Assembly (NCBI GenBank): GCA_964610405.1 | Contig: CAZSZN010000001.1 | Span: 1 to 40,962, forward strand | Direction: 5' to 3' | From: an uncultured Macromonas sp. | Lineage (GTDB): Bacteria > Pseudomonadota > Gammaproteobacteria > Burkholderiales > Burkholderiaceae_C | DNA length: 40,962 nt | Shown: one piece after another, positions 10,259-19,367 of the stretch | Layout: each line of letters opens with the position of its first letter | How positions within the stretch are numbered: the first letter of the stretch is position 1 | Notes under the pieces: generated by a model | Databases searched by the model: none | Told to the model about the DNA's origin: nothing | What the model saw: only the letters and a program-made list of their open reading frames with translations | Translations under genes and position numbers: made by a program

Positions 10259-11031
10259 ACCCCGAACGCCACCTCACCATCCTGACCGGGGCCTCGCGCG
10301 GCATGGGGCTGGCCCTGGCGCGCCAATTGCTGGGCCCCGACCAGTTGCTGCTGTGCATCGCCCGCCAAGCCAACGACGCCCTGGCCCACGAGGCCATGGC
10401 CGCCGGCTGCCATATCGAACAATGGTCGCAGGACCTGGCCGACACCGCCGAAGCCGCGCAACGCCTGGCCCGCTGGCTCGACAGCCTGCACCCGCCCGAA
10501 CTGGCCTCGGCGACCCTGATCAACAACGCCGGGGTGATCCCTGCCATCGGGCCACTGGGCCACTGCCCGGCGTCGGAATTGAGCCGTGCGCTGCGGGTGA
10601 GCCTGGAAGCGCCGATGGCACTGACCAGCACCTTTTTGCAAGCCACCGAGCGTTGGGGCCAGCAGGGCTGGTTGGGCCCGCGCAAGGTGTTGAACATCTC
10701 ATCCGGTCTGGGGCGGCGCGCCATGGCCAGCCAAGCGCCCTACTGCGCCGCCAAGGCCGGCCTGGACCACTTCAGCCGCTGCGTGGCCCTGGAAGAAGCG
10801 ATGCAAACCAACGGCGCACGCATCGTTTCGTTGGCCCCCGGCGTGATCGACACCGACATGCAAACCCAGTTGCGGGCCGGCGCACCCGACGCTTTCCCCG
10901 ACCGTGACCGTTTTGTGGCGCTGAAAACCCAAGGCCAGCTCGCCACCCCCGAGGCTGCGGCGCGGCAGGTGCTGGCCTACCTGCGGCGGCCCGATTTCGG
11001 CACCCAACCCGTGGCCGACGTGAGGGACTGA
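10255..11031 (+). CDS. SDR-family oxidoreductase
   Basis: The ATG at 10255 overlaps the cyclase stop (ATGA). Motifs: LTGASRGMGLALA (TGxxxGxG), NNAG, and the catalytic YCAAKAG (YxxxK). Confidence 0.8.
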   Translation: MNPERHLTILTGASRGMGLALARQLLGPDQLLLCIARQANDALAHEAMAAGCHIEQWSQDLADTAEAAQRLARWLDSLHPPELASATLINNAGVIPAIGPLGHCPASELSRALRVSLEAPMALTSTFLQATERWGQQGWLGPRKVLNISSGLGRRAMASQAPYCAAKAGLDHFSRCVALEEAMQTNGARIVSLAPGVIDTDMQTQLRAGAPDAFPDRDRFVALKTQGQLATPEAAARQVLAYLRRPDFGTQPVADVRD

Positions 11032-11035
11032 GACC

Positions 11036-11659
11036 ATGCACCACCCGCCCACCCACTCGACGCGGCGCCAGGCGCTGGTTTGGCTGGCCGGGGTGAGCAC
11101 GGCCAGCTTGGTCAAGGCCAACGCCCCTGGGCAGAGCAATGACCTATTTTGGCAAACCGCCCGCCAAGGTGGCCACGTGCTGCTGATGCGCCACGCCGCC
11201 ACGGTGCCCGGCACGGGCGATCCGCCGAACTTCCGACTCGGCGACTGCAGCACCCAACGCAACTTGAGCGACACCGGACGCCTGGACGCGCGCCGCCTGG
11301 GTGAACGGCTGACGCGCGAAGGCGTGAAACTGCACGAGGTTTACAGCAGCGCGTGGTGCCGCTGCGTGGACACCGCCGTGCTGGCTTTCGACGCCCAGGG
11401 CCACCCACACCAGGTGTGGCCGGCGCTCAACTCGTTTTTCCAGGGGCAAGGCGACGGCGAGCGCCAAACCCGTGAGGTGATCGACCGCGTGGGCCGCTTG
11501 CCCGCCGGCCAGACCTGGGTGCTGGTGACCCACCAGGTCAACATCACCGCACTCACCGGCGAGTACCCGGCCATGGGCGAGGTGTTCTTGGTGCGCCCCG
11601 TCCCAAACGCCCAAGGCCGGCTGCCCGTGGTGGCGCGCTGGCGCAGCGGATCGTCGTGA
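11036..11659 (+). CDS. Exported histidine-phosphatase-family protein
   Basis: It has a Tat/Sec-like leader (STRRQALVWLAGVSTASL) and the catalytic RH motif (LLMRHAATVPG). The LVTHQVNI motif near the C-terminus is typical of the SixA/PGAM-like branch. Confidence 0.7.
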   Translation: MHHPPTHSTRRQALVWLAGVSTASLVKANAPGQSNDLFWQTARQGGHVLLMRHAATVPGTGDPPNFRLGDCSTQRNLSDTGRLDARRLGERLTREGVKLHEVYSSAWCRCVDTAVLAFDAQGHPHQVWPALNSFFQGQGDGERQTREVIDRVGRLPAGQTWVLVTHQVNITALTGEYPAMGEVFLVRPVPNAQGRLPVVARWRSGSS

Positions 11660-11742
11660 CAGGGACAAAGTCGGCGCCGCTGTCAGCGAACTCAGGGTTT
11701 TGGGCCGCTAACATGGCATTTCACCCACACAGAGGAGTTCCC

Positions 11743-12927
11743 ATGAGCAGAGAAGTCGTCGTCGTCAGCGCGGTGCGCACCGCCATCGGTACCTTTGGCG
11801 GCAGCCTGAAAGACGTGCCGCCCACCGAACTGGGCGCGCTGGTCGTGCGCGAGTCGCTGGCCCGGGCCCAGACCAGCGGGGCCGACGTTGGCCACGTGGT
11901 CTTCGGCCACGTCGTCAACACCGAGCCCAAGGACATGTACCTCAGCCGCGTGGCCGCCATCAACGGCGGTTGCGGCGAAACCACCCCGGCCTTCAACGTC
12001 AACCGCCTGTGCGGCTCGGGCCTGCAGGCCATCGTTTCTGCCGCGCAGGCCGTGCTGCTGGGCGACTGCGACATCGCCATTGGCGCCGGCGCCGAGAACA
12101 TGAGCCGCGCCCCCTACGCCAGCCTGACCAGCCGCTTCGGCGCCCGCATGGGCGACACCAAGCTGGTGGACATGATGGTCGGCGCCCTGCACGACCCGTT
12201 CCACAACATCCACATGGGCGTGACGGCCGAGAACGTGGCCAGCAAGTACGGCATCACCCGCGAGATGCAGGACGCCCTGGCCGTGGAAAGCCACAACCGC
12301 GCCCAGAAGGCCATCGAGGCCGGGTACTTCAAGGACCAGATCGTGCCGGTGATGCTCAAGAGCAAGAAGGGCGAAGTGGCCTACGCCACGGACGAACACT
12401 TCCGCCCGAACTGCACGCTGGACGACATGGCCAAGCTCAAGCCGGTGTTCGTGAAGGAGAACGGCACCGTGACGGCCGGCAATGCCAGCGGCATCAACGA
12501 CGCGGCCGCCGCCGTGGTGCTGATGGAAGCCGGCACCGCCAAGGCGCGCGGCCTGGCCCCGATGGCGCGCCTGGTGGGCTACGCGCACACCGGGCTGGAC
12601 CCCAAGATCATGGGCGTCGGCCCCATTTCGGCCACCCAGGCGGTGCTCAAGCGCACCGGCCTGAGCGTGAACGACCTGGACGTGATCGAGGCCAACGAGG
12701 CCTTTGCCGCCCAGGCCTGCGCGGTCACCAAGGAACTGGGCCTGGACCCGGCCAAGGTCAACCCCAACGGCTCCGGCATTTCGCTGGGCCACCCCATCGG
12801 GGCCACGGGGGCGCTCATCACCGTCAAGGCGCTGCACGAGCTGCAACGCGTGGGCGGCCGCTACGCGCTGGTGACCATGTGCATCGGCGGCGGCCAGGGC
12901 ATCGCGGCGATTTTCGAGCGGGTCTGA
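11743..12927 (+). CDS. Acetyl-CoA C-acetyltransferase (thiolase II)
   Basis: The ATG at 11743 (MSREVVVVSAVRTAIGTFGGSLKD) is preceded by GAGGAG. It has the active-site Cys motif NRLCGSGLQA, GNASGINDAAAAV, and the C-terminal CIGGGQGIA. Confidence 0.93.
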   Translation: MSREVVVVSAVRTAIGTFGGSLKDVPPTELGALVVRESLARAQTSGADVGHVVFGHVVNTEPKDMYLSRVAAINGGCGETTPAFNVNRLCGSGLQAIVSAAQAVLLGDCDIAIGAGAENMSRAPYASLTSRFGARMGDTKLVDMMVGALHDPFHNIHMGVTAENVASKYGITREMQDALAVESHNRAQKAIEAGYFKDQIVPVMLKSKKGEVAYATDEHFRPNCTLDDMAKLKPVFVKENGTVTAGNASGINDAAAAVVLMEAGTAKARGLAPMARLVGYAHTGLDPKIMGVGPISATQAVLKRTGLSVNDLDVIEANEAFAAQACAVTKELGLDPAKVNPNGSGISLGHPIGATGALITVKALHELQRVGGRYALVTMCIGGGQGIAAIFERV

Positions 12928-12947
12928 CCGCACCTGCGCGCACTGCC

Positions 12948-14297
12948 GTGAAGGAACCGCGCCCGCACACCGCACCGGCCGCGCTGCCCGACTGGGCGGC
13001 CTGCCTGCGCACGCTGGAAGCGGGGCTGCTGCAGCGCGATGTGCCGGCCCGCGCCATGCTGCTGGCTACACTGGCCGGCGCGCACGTGCTGCTGCTGGGG
13101 CCGCCGGGCACCGCCAAAAGCGAGCTGGCCCGGCGCCTGCGCCACCTGCTGCCCGGGGCGCGCTACTTCGAACGGCTGCTGACCCGCTTCACCGTGCCCG
13201 AAGAACTGTTTGGCCCGCTCTCGCTGCGGGCGCTGGACGACGACCGCTACGAGCGCCAGACCGAGGGCTACCTCCCGCAAGCGGAGGTGGCTTTCCTGGA
13301 CGAAGTGTTCAAAGCCAATTCGTCCATCCTCAACACCCTGCTGGGCCTGCTGCACGAACGCCAGTTCGACAACGGCACCCAGCGCGAAGCGGCCCCACTG
13401 GTCTGCCTGGTGGGCGCCAGCAACGAAATGCCGCAGGACGACAGCCTGCTGGCCTTCTACGACCGCTTCCTGTTCCGGGTGCCGGTGGCGCCGGTGGACG
13501 ACGCGGCCTTCCACCAACTGCTGGCCGACCCACCGCCCGACACCACGGCACCCCCGCCGGCCTTGAGCGCCAGCGCGCTGCAGCAACTGCGCGACCGCGC
13601 GCGGCAAGTGAGCTTGCCACCAGTGGTGCTGCAACGGCTGGACGCCGCGCGGCAGCGCAGCCGCAACAGCGAGCACCCCGCTTCCGACCGCCGCTGGCGC
13701 CAAGTGGCCGACCTGCTGCGGGTGCAGGCCGCCAGCCGGGGAGCCACCGAAGTCAGCCCATGGGACCTGTGGGTGCTGCCGCTGGTGCTGCCCCACGCCC
13801 CCGCCGAGGTACATGACTGGACGAACGCCTTCCTGGTGGACGTGGCTGGCCTGGCACCGCTGGAGTTGAACGGGTTGGACCACGCCGTGACCGCCTTCGA
13901 AGGGCAGCTCGACCTCGAACAGCACGCGCCGGCTGAAACGCAGGACACACAAGCCGGCAAACTGGCCACCGCCCAGGCCTTGAGCGGCGCGCCCGCCGAC
14001 AGCGAGATGCTGCGCCTGGTGTCCGACCGCGCGCGGCGCCAGTACAGCCCGGTGCACATCGCGGCCCGACTGACCCAGGTGGACGAGTTGGCGCAACGCA
14101 TCGACGCCTTGCACACCGCGGTGCACCGCACCGCCCACACGGTGGTCGCGCAAGCCCGCGCCCACGCGTGGCTGCCTCCATCGTGGGCACACACCATTGA
14201 ACACACCCACGCACAGCGCTGCGAAGCCGTGAACCAGCTCCGTGCCCGGCTCGCCGCCACCCATGCCGGCTACGCCGACCTGCCCAGCAGCGCATGA
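12948..14297 (+). CDS. ravA: RavA-like MoxR-class AAA+ ATPase
   Basis: Walker A GPPGTAKSELARRL and Walker B VAFLDEVFKANSSILNTLLGLLHERQF. The first ~300 aa are collinear with E. coli RavA as I recall it (YFERLLTRFTVPEELFGPLS, VGASNEMPQDDSLLAFYDRFLFR, SDRRWRQV). The start is assigned to GTG 12948, the first start codon after the thiolase stop; it has no clear SD, so the start is uncertain. The listed ORF from 11970 is an out-of-frame read-through of the thiolase gene. Confidence 0.8.
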   Translation: MKEPRPHTAPAALPDWAACLRTLEAGLLQRDVPARAMLLATLAGAHVLLLGPPGTAKSELARRLRHLLPGARYFERLLTRFTVPEELFGPLSLRALDDDRYERQTEGYLPQAEVAFLDEVFKANSSILNTLLGLLHERQFDNGTQREAAPLVCLVGASNEMPQDDSLLAFYDRFLFRVPVAPVDDAAFHQLLADPPPDTTAPPPALSASALQQLRDRARQVSLPPVVLQRLDAARQRSRNSEHPASDRRWRQVADLLRVQAASRGATEVSPWDLWVLPLVLPHAPAEVHDWTNAFLVDVAGLAPLELNGLDHAVTAFEGQLDLEQHAPAETQDTQAGKLATAQALSGAPADSEMLRLVSDRARRQYSPVHIAARLTQVDELAQRIDALHTAVHRTAHTVVAQARAHAWLPPSWAHTIEHTHAQRCEAVNQLRARLAATHAGYADLPSSA

Positions 14298-15724
14298 GTT
14301 ACGCCGCGCTGGCCCAACTGCCCTCGGTGCTGTGGCGCTGGGCGGTGGTCTGCAGCAGCGGCCAGACCGACCGGCGCCTGGTCGAACTGCCCGACTGGCT
14401 CAAAACACTGGCTCAAGGCGAACTGCCGCCAGCGGCGCTGGACTGGGCCGACCCCGCCGCAGTCCTGGCGCTGCGCCAGGTGATCGGTGAACTCGCACTG
14501 CCCACCCTGGCGCGCCACCAACCCGCGCTGGCCCCGCAAATCCTGCAAAGTCTGCTGTGGCACCTCGACGGCCTGATCGACCGCCCACCCACCGAAGACC
14601 GCGCCGCCGCCATCGAGCGACAGGCCGAGGCCTTCCGCACCAGCTGGGTGCTGCAACGCCAAGGCTGGGAAGAAGTGTTGCAACTCCTGCCCACCCTGGG
14701 CGATCTGGCCCACGCCCGATGGGACGAGGTGCAAGGCCTGCTGCGGCGCGGCGAATGGGCCCAGGCGCAGCGCATTGGCCAACGGCTGGAGCGGATGGAC
14801 GGCCTGCGCCGCTTCATCGACCAAGTGGGCCGGCGCGCCGCCGTGCCCGAGGCGCCTCCTGCCGCCTCACCCCGAACCGAACAGGCGCCAGCCACCTCGC
14901 TGGAGCCCGACGACGAACGCCGCCTGCCATTGCCGGACGAGGTGGACGGCGTGCGCCGCTCCAGGGCCCTGGCCCGCATGACTGGCGCCGAAAGCGCCCA
15001 CCTGATCCACCCCGGTCTGCGCCGGCTGTGGCGGGCCCGGTTCGCGGAAGCGCAGTTGCTCACCTACGACGACCGGTCGCCGGCGCCACGGCCGCAGCAC
15101 CGCGCGCCACCGCTCGCCCGGTCACACCGCCCCCTGCCCGCCCCAGCAGGTCGGGGCCCGTTGATCGTTTGCCTTGACACCTCGGGTTCCATGCGTGGCG
15201 CGCCGGAAAATGTGGCCAAAGCCTGTGTGCTGCAAGCCCTGCGCAGCGCCCGCGCGGGCGAACGCGCTTGCCGCCTGCTCGCCTTTGGGGCGCAGGGGGA
15301 GCTGCTGGAGCACGATCTGGGCGCGGGCCCCTCCGGCCTCAACGCGCTGCTGGACACCATGGGCCAAAGCTTTGATGGCGGCACCGACGTGCAGACCCCG
15401 CTGGAACGCGCCGTGGCCTGCGTCCGCGACGAGGCCTGGCGCCAGGCCGACGTGCTGGTGGTGAGCGACGGCGAATTTGGTGTCACCCCGCAGGCGCTGT
15501 CCGACCTGCGCGCGGCCAAGGCCGAACTGGGGTTGCGGGTGCACGGCATCCTCATCGGCGACCGCGAAACCATCGGCCTGCTCGAAGTGTGCGATCACCT
15601 GCACTGGGTGCGCGACTGGCGCCGACACTCTGACAGCGCACACGGCGCAGGGGCCGAGGGCTTTTCGCCGGTGCACAGCCAGAGCCTGACAGCGCTGTAT
15701 TTTCCGAACGCGATCCGGCGCTGA
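14294..15724 (+). CDS. viaA: ViaA-like von Willebrand factor A (VWA) protein
   Basis: C-terminal VWA domain with MIDAS DTSGSM...GGTD...VVSDGEF. N-terminal and linker motifs are shared with E. coli ViaA as recalled (EVDGVRRS..., AEAQLLTYD). The start overlaps the ravA-like stop (ATGA at 14294-14297). Confidence 0.8.
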   Translation: MSYAALAQLPSVLWRWAVVCSSGQTDRRLVELPDWLKTLAQGELPPAALDWADPAAVLALRQVIGELALPTLARHQPALAPQILQSLLWHLDGLIDRPPTEDRAAAIERQAEAFRTSWVLQRQGWEEVLQLLPTLGDLAHARWDEVQGLLRRGEWAQAQRIGQRLERMDGLRRFIDQVGRRAAVPEAPPAASPRTEQAPATSLEPDDERRLPLPDEVDGVRRSRALARMTGAESAHLIHPGLRRLWRARFAEAQLLTYDDRSPAPRPQHRAPPLARSHRPLPAPAGRGPLIVCLDTSGSMRGAPENVAKACVLQALRSARAGERACRLLAFGAQGELLEHDLGAGPSGLNALLDTMGQSFDGGTDVQTPLERAVACVRDEAWRQADVLVVSDGEFGVTPQALSDLRAAKAELGLRVHGILIGDRETIGLLEVCDHLHWVRDWRRHSDSAHGAGAEGFSPVHSQSLTALYFPNAIRR

Positions 15725-15772
15725 ACCCGGCGCAGACGGTGACAAAATAGAACCATTCTTTTTGGAGCCCCC

Positions 15773-16759
15773 ATGACTTCTGCCCTGCCCCGCTTGCGTC
15801 GCCGAACCGCCCTCCTCGCTGCCGCCGCAGCGGCCACCCTCGCGTGGCCGGCGGCGCAGGCCCAAATCAGCAAACCGGTGCGGGTGATGGTGGGCTTCCC
15901 CGCCGGCGGTGGCACCGATGCGATTGCCCGCATCCTGGCCGAACCCATGAAAGACGCACTGGGCGTGCCGGTGATGGTGGACAACAAAGCCGGTGCCGGC
16001 GGCCAACTGGCGGCACAAGCCCTCAAGGCCGCACCGGCCGACGGCACGGTGTTGTTCCTGTCGCACGACCACAGCATCTCCATCCTGCCGCAAGTCATGA
16101 AAGCACCGGGGTTTGACCCCGCGACCGACTTTGTGCCGGTGGCCGGTTTCGCCACTTTCGTCAACGCGCTCGCGGTGTCGGGCGGCACCCCGGCCCAGAG
16201 CTACAAAGACTATGTGCAGTGGGTCAAAGCCCAGGGCGGCAAAGGCAACGTGGGCGTGCCTGCACCAGCCTCGGTGCCGCAGTTCCTGGTGCAGGTGCTG
16301 GGCCAGCGCAACGCCCTGGACCTGGTGGCCGTGCCCTACCGGGGCAGCGCACCCATGATGGCGGACATGTTGGGCAACCAGATCGCGGCGGGCGTGGGCT
16401 CCATCCCGGACTTCATCGAAAACCACAAGGCCGGCAAACTGCGCGTGGTGGCCGTGATGGGCAAAGAACGCCAGGCGCTGATGCCCGAGGTGCCCACCCT
16501 GGCCGAGCTGGGCGTGCCCGGCTTCGAGGACATTCCCTACTATGGCCTGTTCGCGCCGGCTGGCACGCCGCCCGCCGTGCTGGAGCAATTGTCGCGCGCG
16601 GTGGCGCTGGCCCTGCAAAAACCCGAGGTCAAAGACAAGCTCACCGCCATGGGCCTGACGGTCGGCTTCATGACCGGTCAGCAACTGGGGGCTCGGGAAC
16701 GCGCCTACACCCAAACCTGGACGCGCATCATCCGCGACAGCGGCTTTCAGCCCCAGTAA
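15773..16759 (+). CDS. Bug-family (TctC-like) periplasmic solute-binding protein
   Basis: Signal peptide (RRRTALLAAAAAATLAWPAAQAQ) and Bug-family motifs FPAGGGTD, VDNKAGAGG and PYRGSAPMMADMLGNQI. GGAG lies 5 nt upstream of the ATG. Confidence 0.85.
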   Translation: MTSALPRLRRRTALLAAAAAATLAWPAAQAQISKPVRVMVGFPAGGGTDAIARILAEPMKDALGVPVMVDNKAGAGGQLAAQALKAAPADGTVLFLSHDHSISILPQVMKAPGFDPATDFVPVAGFATFVNALAVSGGTPAQSYKDYVQWVKAQGGKGNVGVPAPASVPQFLVQVLGQRNALDLVAVPYRGSAPMMADMLGNQIAAGVGSIPDFIENHKAGKLRVVAVMGKERQALMPEVPTLAELGVPGFEDIPYYGLFAPAGTPPAVLEQLSRAVALALQKPEVKDKLTAMGLTVGFMTGQQLGARERAYTQTWTRIIRDSGFQPQ

Positions 16760-16768
16760 GCCGCCAGC

Positions 16769-17506
16769 TTACCCCTGAAAACCGCCGGCGCGGCAAGTCA
16801 GCACCAGCGTGTCGCGCCAGCCCGGGGCCTCCGGGTCGGCTGGCTGGATCGGCGTGGTTTCGTGGATCACCCGTTCGTCGTCCAACAGCAACAGCGACCA
16901 GGGCTCGGTCAGCGTGAAGCGCTGCCCGTTCGGGCCATGGGCGTCGAACACGCGGCTTTCGCCCCCCTTGATGCGATGGCGCCCGACCAGAAACACCGCC
17001 ACCAGGTCCACCCCGTCGCGGTGCGCGCCCTCGGGCGTGGGCCGGCCAATGCCGTCCGTGGTGTCGATGCGGAACTGGTGCGCCTCGATGTACCAGGGCT
17101 TCGCGCCCTTGAGCGCAGAGGTCGCCGCCGCCGTCTGGCGCAGCAGTTGTTGCCAGCCTGCCATGGCCACCACTTGCGGGTCCATCGGCTCAAACCAGCG
17201 TTGCATGCCGCCGTGCAGGGCGTTGTACTCCAGCGGCTGCCAGTGCGCGCGGTGCGGCACCTGTTCAATGCGGTCGCCATCGACCACGAAGCAACTGTGG
17301 CGCCGGCGTCGGTAACGGCCGCCGTCCTTCAGGTACTGGTCGCTGGGCAGGTCGTCCCAGCTCGGCTGCAGCTCGGCCAGCGCGGTGGCCGGCACCGCCA
17401 GCCAGTTCTGCACCGAACGGGCGTCCATCACCGCATAGCCCTGCTGGGCCAGCACATCGTCCACCCGCGCGGGCGGCACACAAGGAGGCAGGAAATGAGC
17501 ATTCAT
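16769..17506 (-). CDS. 2OG-Fe(II) dioxygenase-family protein (2OG-Fe_Oxy_2 type)
   Basis: ATG at 17506 (MNAHFLPP...). DGGRYRRRRHSCFVV, PHRAHWQPLEYNALHGG and EGAHRDGVDLVAVFLV (HxD iron ligands) match that family as I recall it. Confidence 0.7.
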   Translation of the reverse strand: MNAHFLPPCVPPARVDDVLAQQGYAVMDARSVQNWLAVPATALAELQPSWDDLPSDQYLKDGGRYRRRRHSCFVVDGDRIEQVPHRAHWQPLEYNALHGGMQRWFEPMDPQVVAMAGWQQLLRQTAAATSALKGAKPWYIEAHQFRIDTTDGIGRPTPEGAHRDGVDLVAVFLVGRHRIKGGESRVFDAHGPNGQRFTLTEPWSLLLLDDERVIHETTPIQPADPEAPGWRDTLVLTCRAGGFQG

Positions 17507-17623
17507 GGCGGCCCCGAGTGTAGCCCCGCCCATACCTGGCCGGGTAAACCATCTGGTCAATGCACCCAAGTTTCGCTATGGTTGATTGACCCACATCAAG
17601 CCCCACCGCCCGGAACCGCACGG

Positions 17624-18484
17624 ATGAACGCCACCCACACCGAGCCGCCCCACGAGCCGGCCGCCACCCCCACCCACCCCACGCCAGACACGCCCAACAC
17701 CCCGCCGACCGAAGTCGAGTCGGCTTCGGTGTTTGCGCTGCGCCTGGCCGATCTCTCGGCCGCCGATCCGCTGCGCTGGCTAAGCCGGGGCTGGCACGAT
17801 TTCATGCGCTGCCCGAAAGTGGGGCTGTTCTATGGCCTGTGCTTCTTCGTCATGGGGCACGCGCTGTGGTACGTGTTCCAGACCGCGCCGGCCTATGTGC
17901 TGGCCCTGAGCGCCGGCTTTTTGCTGATGGGACCGTTCCTGTGCCTGGGCATTTACGACGCCAGCCGGGCGCTGGAAGCCGGACGGCGCCCGTCGCTTCG
18001 GGCTTCACTGGTGGCATGGCGCCCCACCAAGGGCACCATGGCCATTTTCGCTGGGGTGCTGCTGATTCTGGAAATGCTGTGGGGCCGGGCTTCGCTGGTG
18101 GTGTTCGCGGTCACGTTCAACACCATGCCGTCCACCGAAAACCTGCTCAAAGTCCTGTTCAGCCTACAGAACCTGGAGTTTCTCATCACCTACACCGTGG
18201 TGGGGGCCGTCTTCGCCGGGCTGATTTTCGTGACCAGCGCCATCTCCATCCCCATGATCCTGGACCGCCAGGTGGACGCCATTTCGGCCGGGCTCACCAG
18301 CATCCGCGCCTGCCTGCAAAACCCGGGCGTGATGCTGGTGTGGGGCGCACTCATCACCTTCACTGTGGTGCTGGCCATGCTGCCCTGGTTCCTGGGGCTG
18401 CTGGTGGCCGGGCCGGTGCTGGGGCACGCCACCTGGCACGCTTACCGGGGCATCGTGCCGGCGCCCGAGAACGCCTCCATCTGA
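17624..18484 (+). CDS. Integral membrane protein, DUF2189-like
   Basis: ATG at 17624. A Pro/Thr-rich N-terminal tail is followed by WLSRGWHDFMRCPKVGLFYGLCFFVMG and 5-6 hydrophobic helices. The family assignment is from memory. The listed ORF start (16862) is an antisense read-through of the dioxygenase gene. Confidence 0.65.
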   Translation: MNATHTEPPHEPAATPTHPTPDTPNTPPTEVESASVFALRLADLSAADPLRWLSRGWHDFMRCPKVGLFYGLCFFVMGHALWYVFQTAPAYVLALSAGFLLMGPFLCLGIYDASRALEAGRRPSLRASLVAWRPTKGTMAIFAGVLLILEMLWGRASLVVFAVTFNTMPSTENLLKVLFSLQNLEFLITYTVVGAVFAGLIFVTSAISIPMILDRQVDAISAGLTSIRACLQNPGVMLVWGALITFTVVLAMLPWFLGLLVAGPVLGHATWHAYRGIVPAPENASI

Positions 18485-18488
18485 CGCC

Positions 18489-18767
18489 ATGACCACCGCC
18501 ACCCAAGCCCTGCGCGACCAACAGCGTTGGCTGGACCAACTGCGCCAAGGGCAATGCTCCACACGCGACTACCTGCACGCGGCCCGCCAGACCGGCCCTC
18601 TGATAGGCGCCCTGCCAGCCGCGTTCGAAACCGTCTGGGTCAACCTGCTGGACCGGCTCGAATCGGCCAGCCTGTTCAGCGAGGAAAGCTGCTCGTTCAG
18701 CCAGACCGACCTGCTCGACAGCCTGCAACTGTGGCTGGACAAGGCGGGGCCGCGCCTGAGCGGCTGA
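18489..18767 (+). CDS. Hypothetical 92-aa protein (predicted helical, no family recognised)
   Basis: The ORF begins 4 nt after the DUF2189 stop and has GC3-rich codon usage like its neighbours. There is no SD and no recognisable motif. Confidence 0.4.
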   Translation: MTTATQALRDQQRWLDQLRQGQCSTRDYLHAARQTGPLIGALPAAFETVWVNLLDRLESASLFSEESCSFSQTDLLDSLQLWLDKAGPRLSG

Positions 18768-18846
18768 CGCCTCTGCGGGCGGAACTTTCCCGAGCTGAGC
18801 TGCATCTTTCTGCACAGGCACCCCGCTGCCCCACCTGGAGCCCCTC

Positions 18847-19341
18847 ATGCAACGACGCACCCTCGTGCGAGCCGGCCTGGCAATGCTGGCCGCCCCCACC
18901 GCACTGACCACCGCCTCGCTGGCCGTGGCCCAAACCAAACCGCTGGTCGAAGTCTGGAAAGACCCCAATTGCGGCTGCTGCAAGGACTGGATGGCCCACC
19001 TGGAAGCCAACGGCTTCACCGTGAAAGCACACGACCAGGGCAACACCGCCGCGCGCCGCCGCCTGGGCCTGCCCGATCGCTACGGCTCCTGCCACACCGC
19101 CACCGTGGGCGGCTATGTGGTCGAAGGCCATGTGCCCGCCGCCGACATCCAACGCCTGCTGCGCGACAAGCCACGCGCCTTGGGCCTGAGCGTGCCACGC
19201 ATGCCCATCGGCAGCCCCGGCATGGATGGCCCGGAATACGGGGGACAAAAAGACCCCTACGAGGTGCTGCTGGTGCAACGCGACGGCCAGGCCACGGTGT
19301 ACGCGGCCTACCACCAGGCCGGTACCGCACCACGCCGCTGA
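18847..19341 (+). CDS. DUF411 / CopG-like periplasmic copper-binding protein
   Basis: Tat-type leader (MQRRTLVRAGLAML...AVAQ), the CxCC motif NCGCCKDW, and the conserved YGSCHTATVGGYVVEGHVP block. GGAG lies upstream of the ATG. Confidence 0.8.
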   Translation: MQRRTLVRAGLAMLAAPTALTTASLAVAQTKPLVEVWKDPNCGCCKDWMAHLEANGFTVKAHDQGNTAARRRLGLPDRYGSCHTATVGGYVVEGHVPAADIQRLLRDKPRALGLSVPRMPIGSPGMDGPEYGGQKDPYEVLLVQRDGQATVYAAYHQAGTAPRR

Positions 19342-19367
19342 CCCCAGTGCAGTAAGCTCCAGGGGCC

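Noticed and set aside
17582-17599. An FNR/CRP-like dyad, TTGAT-N8-ATCAA, in the divergent region between the dioxygenase and DUF2189 genes.
   Set aside because: The spacing is 8 nt rather than the 4 nt of FNR-type boxes (TTGAT-N4-ATCAA), so it does not fit the known site geometry.
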